Positions 46,772 to 57,412 are shown, counted from the stretch's first letter. The stretch: 64,000 nt of DNA from a virus (IMGVR_UViG_3300017761_003550:1-64000), one strand, 5' to 3'. The notes: generated by a model not told the origin, from the sequence alone. Numbers and translations are program-made.

Positions 46772-47161
46772 ATGACACTTCTAGAAAGAATCAAATATCA
46801 TATCAATGAAAAGAAATGCACATGCTGGAAAGGGTACAAGCGTGTTCCTGGTACCAAGCCATGTTCAAATAATTCTTGCGTAAAAGAACAGCGTTTGGCT
46901 GAAGCTGAGTACCAGGGAAATACTGTTACCCTCAACAAACCATCTGCGGGTGATGTAAAGAATAAGAAGTCTAAAGTATATGTCATAGGCCCGAATGGAA
47001 AGGTTGTTAAAGTTAACTTTGGTGATAAGAATATGACCATTAAAAAGCATATTCCCGGAAGAAGAAAATCATTTAGAGCTAGACATAATTGCGATAACGC
47101 AGGGCCAAAATGGAAAGCAAAATATTGGAGTTGCGATGCCTGGGAAAAACCTGATCGCTAA
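46772..47161 (+). CDS. Conserved T4-like small protein (CWKGYKR.PG / EAEYQG..VTLNKP / RRKSFRARHNCD / YWSC)
   Basis: Motifs recalled from aquatic T4-like phages; N-terminus MTLLERIKYHINE|K. Confidence 0.8.
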   Translation: MTLLERIKYHINEKKCTCWKGYKRVPGTKPCSNNSCVKEQRLAEAEYQGNTVTLNKPSAGDVKNKKSKVYVIGPNGKVVKVNFGDKNMTIKKHIPGRRKSFRARHNCDNAGPKWKAKYWSCDAWEKPDR

Positions 47162-47225
47162 AAATAAAGCCTGGTAATTATAATATAAATTTATTTGTTA
47201 GCACCCAGAAAAGAAAGTATATAGC

Positions 47226-47459
47226 ATGTCTGATACATTGAAAATTAAGGTAAGAACCGGCGATGTCCGTAGAGTTATTGTCATGAATCTTGGCGAGTTT
47301 GATTCCGTGGATCGTACCTGGAAAATGAAAATGGATGTCGAATTTGTCCAAAAGCTTGTTGAGGCTTTTCATACACCAGAAGTCAAAGCTGCCGGAGTTG
47401 AAATTGTCTTCGAGTCTGCCATGTCTGATGATTCGCACATCGTGAGAAGTAACACCTAA
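47226..47459 (+). CDS. Hypothetical protein
   Basis: 77 aa ORF before gp8. Confidence 0.55.
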   Translation: MSDTLKIKVRTGDVRRVIVMNLGEFDSVDRTWKMKMDVEFVQKLVEAFHTPEVKAAGVEIVFESAMSDDSHIVRSNT

Positions 47460-47520
47460 ATAGATCGCAGAGATCGGGGCGCTTCGCGCCATTGGTGGAG
47501 ACTTAATTGGGTAATAAAAT

Positions 47521-49917
47521 ATGTCAGTAACTAAGAAACTGGTAACGAAGAAATTCAACGTACACAACGCAAAGCAATTTGTTAGTGCTAATGATGAACT
47601 CTTCGTTTACGTAGCGAAACACACACCATATGCTCTGGGCGATGACCAGCTTACTGATCCTTCAGACTCAGTAGATCAAACAGTTCTAGATGTATACAAC
47701 AACATGATTTTCGCAAAGAGAGTTGCGAACACAGATCTAATGCATATGATCCCAAAGTATATGTGGACATCAAATACCGTATATGATATGTACACGCATT
47801 TAGATGGTGATCTTGCATCCAAAGAGTTCTATGTTATTACTGATGATGTTTCAGAATACAACGTTTTTAAATGCCTCTATAATGCACAAGCTAATGCATC
47901 AATCGTAGCTCCTTCTCGCATGGGATCTAATGCGGATCTTCAACCATTTATTACGGGCGATGATTACGTATGGAAATATATGTTTACTATCACACAAAAC
48001 CAGTGGGACAAATTTGCTACAACAAGTTACGCTCCAGTCACTGCAAATACAACAGTAATTTCGGAAGCAATTCCTGGAGAAATTGATGTTATCCGTATTG
48101 TAGATGGCGGTGCAGGATATAACAATTACATCGCCAATGGTATTTTCCGCACTGGAGACATCAAGGTTTCTGGTTCTGATACAACATATGGTGCACCTGA
48201 AACAGCATCAACGGTAGATGACTTTTATCGTGGTGGTGTTCTTAGAATGACCAGTGGTGGAGTTGGTGTTGTTAATAAATTTCGCAGAATCGTTGATTAC
48301 GATGGAACTTCTTCTCAAAAGAAATTTACACTTGACCAACCATTTACCACAGCTCCACAGGTAGGAGACACCTACGAAATTCTCCCATATGTATTTGTGT
48401 TTGGTGATGGAAATGAAACATTATCTGCAGAAGCCATGGCTGTTGTTGATCCTGATGCAAGTAATACAATTATCGGTATTGAGATTCTAGAGCCAGGTGC
48501 GGGATATCGTTCTGGTTCTACATATGCCGGTGTATCATCTTCTGAGGTTCCAACAACAGCATCTAGCGTTCTTATTTCGGTACCAACGGTAATTGCAGAA
48601 TCACCAAACTTTATTGCTGCAAACCTTGAGGTAATTATCCCACCAGCGGGTGGACATGGATCAGATCCATGGAATGAATTGTTCGCTAATCGTGTTTGTG
48701 TTTATACTAAGTTTGCAAACACAGAAGGTGGGATGATCCCAACAGAAAACGATTTCCGTCAGGTTGGTATCATCAAAAACCCTCTCTTTACAAATCTTGA
48801 CGTGTTCTATGATGCAAACGTAACAACAGGAAGTTTCTCTGTTGGCGAAACTGTATCACAGTTTAAGAATCTCCGTCTAGCAGGTAACGTCTCTATCTCT
48901 ACCGCTGCTAACACCATAACCAAAACAGATGCCGGTAAGATCTCATCAACGATTCTAATTGCCAATGGTGGTATTGGATACAACTCTACTACCAACAACG
49001 AGATGGTTATTGCCGCACCGCCAGCGGGTGTGACTGCTACAGCTACCTTCGCGAACAACGGTAGCGGAACCATCACTTCTATTACTGTAACCAACCAAGG
49101 TACAAACTACACTGAAGTTCCAACTGTAACAGTCGCGGCAGGTGCTGGTGGTTCGAATGGCGTGTTCACTGCCTCATTAGCAAACCCACTTGAAACTCTA
49201 TTCGAAGATGCGTTTGATGTTGGAGATTATGTTCTTGTTCAATCTGATACAAGAAACTGGATCAGTAACGTTACAACAGTCACAAGTGATTCGGTTATCC
49301 AGGCGTCAAGCAACGCTCCATTCACAAGCACATCATCAACGGTAAGTGCACTTCTGCTTGCAGCAAGTGGCACTGTTACTGCAGTTTCTGTCGGTCAAGT
49401 TACGCTCAGCAATGTATCAGGTATCTTCGAAGAAGAAGCTAAGATTATTGGATTAACATCTGGCGCTACATCACAGATTAGAAGTTCAAATGCAACATTC
49501 AATGCACTAGAACTAAACGATAAAGATCCTAATGGATTTAATACATCACTGCAGCTAACACGTCTACTTGGTAACTTTGAAGCTGGGGTAAATTTTGCAA
49601 ATGACGAGTTGATTATCCAAACAGGATTGATCAGTTACACTGATCCACAAGGATTCTTACACCACGCTGATATTGGCGGTGGATCTGATGATGACGTTCT
49701 ATACATCTCAGGAGAAAGAGGATTGTTTGCTATCGACCCAAGTAACTTTAGACCAATTTTAGGTGACTCTTCAGGAGCAACCCTTTCTCGTCTTTCAGCT
49801 AAATATCCAGGTGACTTCGTAAAAGACAGCGGAGAAGTATTGTATTATGAAAATCTAGACCCTATCTCTCGCGCTGGAAACAAATCTGAGATCGTCAAAA
49901 TTATATTGGAATTTTAA
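47521..49917 (+). CDS. 8: Baseplate wedge gp8 (expanded)
   Basis: YNVFKCL.N, DDYVWKYMFTI, GHGSDP..EL, NDFRQVGIIKNP, SGEVLYYEN..PI.R...KSEIVKIILEF. Confidence 0.92.
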   Translation: MSVTKKLVTKKFNVHNAKQFVSANDELFVYVAKHTPYALGDDQLTDPSDSVDQTVLDVYNNMIFAKRVANTDLMHMIPKYMWTSNTVYDMYTHLDGDLASKEFYVITDDVSEYNVFKCLYNAQANASIVAPSRMGSNADLQPFITGDDYVWKYMFTITQNQWDKFATTSYAPVTANTTVISEAIPGEIDVIRIVDGGAGYNNYIANGIFRTGDIKVSGSDTTYGAPETASTVDDFYRGGVLRMTSGGVGVVNKFRRIVDYDGTSSQKKFTLDQPFTTAPQVGDTYEILPYVFVFGDGNETLSAEAMAVVDPDASNTIIGIEILEPGAGYRSGSTYAGVSSSEVPTTASSVLISVPTVIAESPNFIAANLEVIIPPAGGHGSDPWNELFANRVCVYTKFANTEGGMIPTENDFRQVGIIKNPLFTNLDVFYDANVTTGSFSVGETVSQFKNLRLAGNVSISTAANTITKTDAGKISSTILIANGGIGYNSTTNNEMVIAAPPAGVTATATFANNGSGTITSITVTNQGTNYTEVPTVTVAAGAGGSNGVFTASLANPLETLFEDAFDVGDYVLVQSDTRNWISNVTTVTSDSVIQASSNAPFTSTSSTVSALLLAASGTVTAVSVGQVTLSNVSGIFEEEAKIIGLTSGATSQIRSSNATFNALELNDKDPNGFNTSLQLTRLLGNFEAGVNFANDELIIQTGLISYTDPQGFLHHADIGGGSDDDVLYISGERGLFAIDPSNFRPILGDSSGATLSRLSAKYPGDFVKDSGEVLYYENLDPISRAGNKSEIVKIILEF

Positions 49918-49920
49918 CAG

Positions 49921-52900
49921 ATGCCTCTACAGACTGATCTAAATCAAGCTCCATATTTCAACGACTTCGATCCGTCGAAGGGATATCAGCAAATTCTATT
50001 CAAGCCCGGTGTTGCCGTACAGGCTCGCGAGCTTAACCAGTATCAATCGATGCTGCAAAACCAGATCGAAAAGTTCGGCGACAACATCTTCCGTCGCGGA
50101 ACAATCATCGAGGGATGCGGCCTTACTTACTTCTCGGTGTTTCCATACGTCAAGCTGAAAGACGCTGAAGTAGATGGAACGCCCGTAAACGTATCCAGCT
50201 ACCGTGGTCTGTATGTTAAGAGTGCTATTGACATCGCTAACAATACTGGTGGTCTTGAAGCTCTTATCGTCACATCAGTTGATGGATTCGAATCACAGTC
50301 TCCAGATCTCAATACGATATATGTGAAATACACCAATTCTGGCGTTAATGGTAACACATCTGTATTCTCTGCTAATCAGGTTTTAACTGTTTACGACAAA
50401 TCATATCCAATTTTCTCATATGACATTAATGACGGTTCAAGTGGGGTTTCTAACTCTGACTCTGTTGTTGTTGTTTCAGCGCTGGCTATTCAAAACTCAA
50501 CTGGCGGTTCAACTTTCCCAGGCGGAGCTTGGGATGTTGGGCATGTTATTCAGAACAACGTAGCTAACCTTACCATCGTTTCAACAAATTCAACAGCTAA
50601 CTCAACAGCACTAATTCTAAGAGTCAAGCCGCTCGCTGCTGACCTTAAACTTGCCAATTCTGTTCTTTGGACATTTAACGCCGGAGACACAATTCGTAAC
50701 GCGACAACAGCCAACACCGCTAACGTTGCTGGTATTGTTGGGTATGGTGCTGGAGGTTCTCTGGTAACCGACTCACTCGGTAAAATTACTTCTATCGCGG
50801 TAACCAGTTATGGTACGGGTTATTATATAGCACCACATGTTACTGTGTCTATTGTCTCAAACAGCGCAATTACAACAGGCCAAATAAACCAGCTTGATGT
50901 TTCTGCGCTTAACTATCGCACAACTGTAACAGTCGCAGAAAGCGCAAGACTTCCTATCGGAACAGGATATGGCGTTAAGATCGCTCCAGGCGTTGTGTAT
51001 CAAAAAGGATTCTTCTCAAGAGTCCTTGAACAAACAATTATCGTAAACAAATACTCTAACACAGACTTCGATGCTGCTGTTGGGTTCACAACTGAAGAGG
51101 CTATCGTAACATCAGATGTGGATGAGACGCTTCTTGACAACGCAACTGGCAGCTATAATTATGCTGCTCCTGGCGCCGATCGCCTTCAACTTAATCCTAC
51201 TCTGGTCGTTCTTGACCCTATAGATGCTGCAGCTAATTCTGATTTCTTACCAATTATAGAGTTCAGTGATGGATCACCATTCCGTCAACGTACACAGACT
51301 GTGTATAATACAATTGGCGATGAGATGGCGAAACGTTCTTATGAACAATCAGGTAACTACGTCATCAATCAATTCCTCGTACTCCCAAAGGATGACAGCG
51401 TATTAGCTAATACTGCAAGTACGTTCCAAATCGTTGTAGATCCTGGGCTTGCATACATTAAAGGTTATCGCGTTGAGACAACTGGTAACTTTGTTAAGAA
51501 TGTAAACAAAGGTTCTAATACCGTAAACATTCCGGCAGCTACCTCGCGCGTAGCATACGGATCATATATCAGAATTCAAAATCTCGGTGGTATTTTCCGT
51601 TTTAATTACGGTGATACTGTTACATTCTATGATACAGCTAAAGGATACATCGCATCTGTAAGTAACGGCTCAAACGCGATTACTGCTCCAAGCGGTAATG
51701 TGATTGGTACAGCTCGCATGCGTGGAATGCTGACGGGTGATAACACTGGCGAATATAATTTGTATCTCTTCGATATCCAGATGAGCGCAGGTAAAAACCT
51801 AGTTGATGTTCGTTCAGTATATTACAACAACACTATTGTCGGTGTCGCAGATACTGTTCTTGAATCAAACAACACGATTCTTCGTGACACCGGCCCAGGC
51901 TTTAATGGTCTGTTAGTAAAGAACCACAAAGCTACAGCATCTGCTAACAGCATCACATACACATATCGTACTTTTGATACAGGTGAAAGTGCAAACACAA
52001 CTGGATTTGCTACACTTGTGCCAGGTGGTTCACAATCATTCCCATACTCTGGAACACTAACGACTACAGAACGTAAAGAGTTTATGGTTATCCCAAAGAA
52101 TAACTATCAAGCTCTGTCAAATGCTGCTGGTTCAGTCTCATTCACATCAACTCATGCAAACGTAGTTGGAACAGCTACAGTGTTCTTAACAGCTTATCGT
52201 GCTGGTGACTACATCAAAGTTGCAAACTCAACAGCTAATGCCGTTGCTCGTGTTCTGCAAGTAGCCAATGATACGTTTATGACACTTACCGCGAATGCTC
52301 CTCTTACAATCGCAAACACATCATATCTCTACTATCCAAACAACGTTCCTATTGCACTTACCCGCGATGGTCGTTCAGTAGTAGTTGAGAGTAACGGTTC
52401 TATTACTATTGCTATCGGTAATAACATCGCTAACACAGCAGGCTCAGCATCTACTATGGATCTAGCAATTGCTTACAATATTAAAGAAAATAACAGCGCA
52501 GCTAGTGCCAAAACAATCAAGCGTGGTATCTTTGCTCGTATTAAAACATCAAACAACTCTGCAGGTGTTCTAGGCCCATGGCCACTTGGAACTTCAGATG
52601 TATTTCGCATGCGTCAAGTACTACAAGCTAACGGTGCTTCTCTAACACTTTCTGTCAACTCTGAGACAGCAGTGTCTAACACTGACGATTTTATAACTGT
52701 GTCAGGGAACAAGTTCGCAAACGGCGACTCGCTCCTGTACTCAAACACGACAGGAGCAGTAATTGTCGGACTCGCAAACAACACAACCTACTTTGCCGTT
52801 GATGCAAACACAACAGGATTTAAACTCGCTTCTTCGCGTAATGGATCCGCAATCCCACTTACATCAGTCTCTGGTGGCGGAAATCACAGCCTTATCGGAA

Positions 52901-55248
52901 GTCCTACGTATTTCGCTAATGGAACAAACGGTGCCACTGATATTACAAATGAGTTCTACATCGACCACAGACAAAATGAAGACTATCTAGATATTTCATA
53001 TCTGGTACGTAAACCTAAACTTGCTGCACTGTCGAATAACGATGTGCTTCTTGTAATGTTTGATGTGTTCACATCAGGTGATGGTGTGAAATCTAAAAAT
53101 TCATACAACGTGACTGACGGTCAAACTATTGCGACAATGGGTAATACTTCTATTAACACACTGGAAATTCCAGAAGTCTGGGGTATCAACGGTGAATATT
53201 ATGATCTACGCGACCAGTTTGATTTCCGACCATCTGTTGCTAACACTATCCCTCTAATCTCAGAGGCTTCTAACACTTCTGTCCTGAACCCAACAGTGCC
53301 TGTTTCTAAATTTACAGCAGCTGATAAGAAGTTTCCAGTATCCGATTCGGATCTAGTAGCTAACGTCTCCTACTACCAAGGGCGCACTGATCGTGTGATC
53401 GTTGGACGCGATGGAACGATCGATGTGATCCGAGGGTACGACGGTAAGACCGAGCCGCCACCCCCACCAAACGACTCGATCACTCTTCAATTACTTGAAG
53501 TGCCGCCGTACCCATCATTACCAAAGTCGATGTCACCAGCAATTATTACTCTGGCTGATACGCAAGTATACAACGGTAAAGGTTCCGAACGTATCTTTGA
53601 GTATACCGTAGGAACACCTATTGACGAGACCCAACGCGAAATTCTACAGGTACGTAACTACCGTATGGAAGACATCGCGGCAATCTCGCACCGTATCTCT
53701 GCTTTAGAGTATTATGTTTCGTATACACTAGCAGAAACTGTTGCGAAGGCACGATTTATTCCATCAAGTCTCGATGGTGGTGTTGATCGCTTCAAAGTAG
53801 GATTTTTCGTTGATCCGTTTACGAATTATAACTTCTCTGAGACACTCGACCCAGAGTTCTATGCTACAATTGAAGACGATCAGCTTACAACTCACATCGC
53901 CGAAACGATTCTCGAATTCCGTCACGAAACATCACCTGGTGGTGGTGAGTCTATGGCGACTCTTGACTACGAAGAGTTTACAGCATTCAGGCAGCTTGAT
54001 TCAACAAACGGACCTCTGATTGAAATTGTTGATGACCTAGTAACAGTTATTCCAAACCCACCTACTCCTAACAATACACCAGTAGTACCACCACCGCAGC
54101 CACCAAGTCAGAGTAACACAGATGTTACTATTATTACTGTTACCCAGCAGATTACTTCTGAGAACAAGGTAAACAAATCTGCTGCTTGGAACATGAATGG
54201 ACAAGTGTTCGAAGACTGGACATTTACAATGTCCGCTACAACTGGTCCAGTAGAAATTTACATGAACCATCGTGCACGTCTAAATGCAATTGCCGTGTAT
54301 CAATCTGAATCAGCAAATGGTCCTTGGGTTGAAAAAACAAATTCTAATGCTGCATTTGGTATTTCAACAGCAGATATCAACACTAAAGGTATCAAAAACA
54401 TTATGAGTAATTATGGTTATTACAAACCAAATGTTACATTCCGTGATTCAACTATTGTTCCAGGAACATCTATTTACTGGTTCCGTGAACACCAAAAATT
54501 ACTCTTCACGCATGATCCAGCAAATGGTATATACTATAAGATCCGCATCTTTAAGGGTAGAAAAAACGTATCTGCTGGCCCATTCGGTAATTATGAATTT
54601 AAAATTTACTATCCAACTGACTCAATATCAAGCCGTACTATCTCAACAAGTAGCCCTGACACTTATGTCTACGCTGGCGAAGTTGTTGATATCGTTCCAC
54701 GTAACATTACTATCGGCGGCTCGAACATTAATGACCCGAGCAACTATCAAATCTGGCTGTCGCAAGGCGAAGCGCCAGGAATTAGTGACGCCCAGCTGAT
54801 TAACAACGGCAATCAATCTTACTGGTACACAAATGGTAACAGACATCGAATCTCTGTTATTGGTCTAAAACCAAATACTGTGCATACGTTCATGTATGAC
54901 GGTATTCCATCAACAGATAAATGTGTTCAAATCCGTACAACAACAGACAACGTGACTGGACTAAAAACTGATGAAAATGGTTCGCTAACGTTTGATTTCT
55001 ATAACGATCTACAGGTTGATTGGTCAACAATTCAAACATCATTCGCAGAAGATCAACTACGTAGTGGATCTACACCAGGAAATAAATCCTTTGAGATTGA
55101 AAGTTTTGATGGTAGTTCTCTCGCCACTGGTGTTATTACAGTAACACCATGGCTCGCAGCTCCAACAAAAGCTGTTACAGTCGATGTGGTAGAAACTGCT
55201 AGAGAAGTGGTCCAAACTCGAGGCAAATATGGTACTCGACTCGTCTAA
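49921..55248 (+). CDS. DUF4815/VrlC-like large virion protein, N-terminal part
   Basis: LNQAPYFNDFD..K.Y..ILFKPG.AVQARELNQ.QS.LQNQIEKFG, APGADRL, PGLAYIKGY, DRFKVGFFVDPF. Confidence 0.88.
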   Translation: MPLQTDLNQAPYFNDFDPSKGYQQILFKPGVAVQARELNQYQSMLQNQIEKFGDNIFRRGTIIEGCGLTYFSVFPYVKLKDAEVDGTPVNVSSYRGLYVKSAIDIANNTGGLEALIVTSVDGFESQSPDLNTIYVKYTNSGVNGNTSVFSANQVLTVYDKSYPIFSYDINDGSSGVSNSDSVVVVSALAIQNSTGGSTFPGGAWDVGHVIQNNVANLTIVSTNSTANSTALILRVKPLAADLKLANSVLWTFNAGDTIRNATTANTANVAGIVGYGAGGSLVTDSLGKITSIAVTSYGTGYYIAPHVTVSIVSNSAITTGQINQLDVSALNYRTTVTVAESARLPIGTGYGVKIAPGVVYQKGFFSRVLEQTIIVNKYSNTDFDAAVGFTTEEAIVTSDVDETLLDNATGSYNYAAPGADRLQLNPTLVVLDPIDAAANSDFLPIIEFSDGSPFRQRTQTVYNTIGDEMAKRSYEQSGNYVINQFLVLPKDDSVLANTASTFQIVVDPGLAYIKGYRVETTGNFVKNVNKGSNTVNIPAATSRVAYGSYIRIQNLGGIFRFNYGDTVTFYDTAKGYIASVSNGSNAITAPSGNVIGTARMRGMLTGDNTGEYNLYLFDIQMSAGKNLVDVRSVYYNNTIVGVADTVLESNNTILRDTGPGFNGLLVKNHKATASANSITYTYRTFDTGESANTTGFATLVPGGSQSFPYSGTLTTTERKEFMVIPKNNYQALSNAAGSVSFTSTHANVVGTATVFLTAYRAGDYIKVANSTANAVARVLQVANDTFMTLTANAPLTIANTSYLYYPNNVPIALTRDGRSVVVESNGSITIAIGNNIANTAGSASTMDLAIAYNIKENNSAASAKTIKRGIFARIKTSNNSAGVLGPWPLGTSDVFRMRQVLQANGASLTLSVNSETAVSNTDDFITVSGNKFANGDSLLYSNTTGAVIVGLANNTTYFAVDANTTGFKLASSRNGSAIPLTSVSGGGNHSLIGSPTYFANGTNGATDITNEFYIDHRQNEDYLDISYLVRKPKLAALSNNDVLLVMFDVFTSGDGVKSKNSYNVTDGQTIATMGNTSINTLEIPEVWGINGEYYDLRDQFDFRPSVANTIPLISEASNTSVLNPTVPVSKFTAADKKFPVSDSDLVANVSYYQGRTDRVIVGRDGTIDVIRGYDGKTEPPPPPNDSITLQLLEVPPYPSLPKSMSPAIITLADTQVYNGKGSERIFEYTVGTPIDETQREILQVRNYRMEDIAAISHRISALEYYVSYTLAETVAKARFIPSSLDGGVDRFKVGFFVDPFTNYNFSETLDPEFYATIEDDQLTTHIAETILEFRHETSPGGGESMATLDYEEFTAFRQLDSTNGPLIEIVDDLVTVIPNPPTPNNTPVVPPPQPPSQSNTDVTIITVTQQITSENKVNKSAAWNMNGQVFEDWTFTMSATTGPVEIYMNHRARLNAIAVYQSESANGPWVEKTNSNAAFGISTADINTKGIKNIMSNYGYYKPNVTFRDSTIVPGTSIYWFREHQKLLFTHDPANGIYYKIRIFKGRKNVSAGPFGNYEFKIYYPTDSISSRTISTSSPDTYVYAGEVVDIVPRNITIGGSNINDPSNYQIWLSQGEAPGISDAQLINNGNQSYWYTNGNRHRISVIGLKPNTVHTFMYDGIPSTDKCVQIRTTTDNVTGLKTDENGSLTFDFYNDLQVDWSTIQTSFAEDQLRSGSTPGNKSFEIESFDGSSLATGVITVTPWLAAPTKAVTVDVVETAREVVQTRGKYGTRLV

Positions 55249-55279
55249 TAAATAATATGAATTAAGATAAGAGAAACAT

Positions 55280-57412
55280 ATGACTCTCTATAATTACATC
55301 CAAACATTTTTTGCCGATTTCGAAGCGGTTAATAGATCACCTGAGATGATGGTGACTTCTATTAATCTGTATTTTAAATCTAAACCTAACGCTGATAGCA
55401 ACACATCTGGGGCAGCAAAGCCACAGGTATCGATGTGGTTGTGTGAAATTGATAATAACGTTCCAAACCCTGATAAGAAATTAAAAGATTCAACAACATG
55501 GGTTGAGTGGGACCAAATTGCCTGCTCTACGAACGCCACAGCATCTACGACATTCTCTTTCCGTAACCCGGTTCTATTAAAATCAAACACACCCTATGGT
55601 ATTGTAATTAGATTTCAAGACAGCGGTTTTATTTTGTGGGAAAACGTTCGCGGAGACGCTCTAGTTCGTGAAACAGGAACAACACAGGTCGCGTCAACTG
55701 GTTCTCAGAGCACAACAGACGGTTCGCTCTTTAAATCGGTGTCACCAGGATCAGATGCTCTTCGTTATGTTGATCGTGATCTTAAATATGAGATCAAAGT
55801 CGCTAGATTTACCGGTGCAAACACATCTGTATATGTTGTGAATAAAGATTATGAGTTTTTTACGATCAACACGGTCGTTGGTGGTTTTATTCCAGGCGAA
55901 TTAGTATATAAACAGACATCTAATGCTAGTGGAAACATCACAATTTCGAGTACAAACACACTTGTAACAGGTGTTGGTACTGTTTTCGAAACAATGTACG
56001 AAGGTCAAACAATTATCATTGACAATGCTTCTGCAAATGGCGAAGCTATCGTAAAATCAATTACCAGCAACACAGAAATGTATCTTGATCGTCCAATGAA
56101 CTTTTCTGGAGCAGGAAAATACAAAACACCAGTCGTTGGTAAGGTGTTTAAATATTCTGCACCATCAAAAACTCTTTTCCTAGTTGATTCTAACGCTGCA
56201 AACGGCACATTTAAGTTTGCAGCGGGTGATACTATAGTCGGAGCTCGTTCTTCTACAACAGCCAACGTTGTTTCGCTTGATCGCTACTCTGTAGACAGTT
56301 TTGTTCCAAAATTTACACTCAATGGTCCGGTTGCTGGTTCGTTTGAGCTCAGCTACAAGATTGCAACCGAAGCAAACACGCTACAATCATCCTACACTGG
56401 TTTCAGTCTAAATAATATTAACAGAGTTGGCCAGGTTTCATATGTGCTGTCTCGTTCTCAAGAAGTTGAGGGTTCCTCTCTCTATGGAACGGAAAAGAAA
56501 TCAGTTGTGGCGAAAATCGACCTCTCAGTTACCGGCACAGGTAACGCATTTACCGCACCATTCATCGACTGCGATGATCTTGATCTAATTATCAAGAAAC
56601 ATGAAGTAAACAACACATACAAAGAAACTCGGAATTACGTATCATCTGCAAACAGCAGTTACTTTTATTCTATCGCAGATTATGATACTGAAATTGATCG
56701 TAATGGTCTTTCTCAGTCAAAGTATATCTCGAAGAAAGTGTCATTCGCTCCCGGAGTGTACGCTGAAGATTTAAAAGTCTTTCTAGCGGCTTATCGTCCG
56801 TCTGGAACTGAAATTCGCGTATATGCTAAGCTCCACAACTCTGCGGATGTTGATCCATATGATATTAAGGCGTGGACGCCATTGGTTATTTCGCAGAATA
56901 ATTCTAAGTACTCTTCTGAGAATGATCTAACAGATCTTGTTGAGTATACATACAGTCTGCCACAGTATCCTGAGATTATGTCTACTCATGGAGAAAGCAA
57001 TCTTGCAGAGTACGGAAACAACATTATTAGAACGCCATCATCATTAGAATCAGTTCTACAAGAGAATGATCTAATCCGTATCTATAAACCTGACTTTGCT
57101 GAGACGAATCATGAAGTTTATTCAGTTCTATCTTCTAACTCAACTACTATCACAGTAAACCGCACAATCCGTAATACAGATATCGTTAATGGATTAGGTC
57201 AACCAGCTGTCGGTGTTGGTATCGATAAATTGAAATACAAGAATATCACATTCAACAATCTGGCTAATGATAATGTGGCTCGTTACTATACATCTTCTAA
57301 AACTGAATTTGATAACTTCAATACAATGCAAATTAAGATCGTTATGCTTACAGATTCTTCAAACAAGAATCCTCGCGTTGAACAAATTCAAGCGATCGGG
57401 GTGAGTGCTTAA
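55280..57412 (+). CDS. VrlC-like virion protein, C-terminal part
   Basis: QTFF, VTSINLYFKSK, PVLL, DLKY, YISKKV, F..MQIKIVML...PRV. Confidence 0.8.
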   Translation: MTLYNYIQTFFADFEAVNRSPEMMVTSINLYFKSKPNADSNTSGAAKPQVSMWLCEIDNNVPNPDKKLKDSTTWVEWDQIACSTNATASTTFSFRNPVLLKSNTPYGIVIRFQDSGFILWENVRGDALVRETGTTQVASTGSQSTTDGSLFKSVSPGSDALRYVDRDLKYEIKVARFTGANTSVYVVNKDYEFFTINTVVGGFIPGELVYKQTSNASGNITISSTNTLVTGVGTVFETMYEGQTIIIDNASANGEAIVKSITSNTEMYLDRPMNFSGAGKYKTPVVGKVFKYSAPSKTLFLVDSNAANGTFKFAAGDTIVGARSSTTANVVSLDRYSVDSFVPKFTLNGPVAGSFELSYKIATEANTLQSSYTGFSLNNINRVGQVSYVLSRSQEVEGSSLYGTEKKSVVAKIDLSVTGTGNAFTAPFIDCDDLDLIIKKHEVNNTYKETRNYVSSANSSYFYSIADYDTEIDRNGLSQSKYISKKVSFAPGVYAEDLKVFLAAYRPSGTEIRVYAKLHNSADVDPYDIKAWTPLVISQNNSKYSSENDLTDLVEYTYSLPQYPEIMSTHGESNLAEYGNNIIRTPSSLESVLQENDLIRIYKPDFAETNHEVYSVLSSNSTTITVNRTIRNTDIVNGLGQPAVGVGIDKLKYKNITFNNLANDNVARYYTSSKTEFDNFNTMQIKIVMLTDSSNKNPRVEQIQAIGVSA

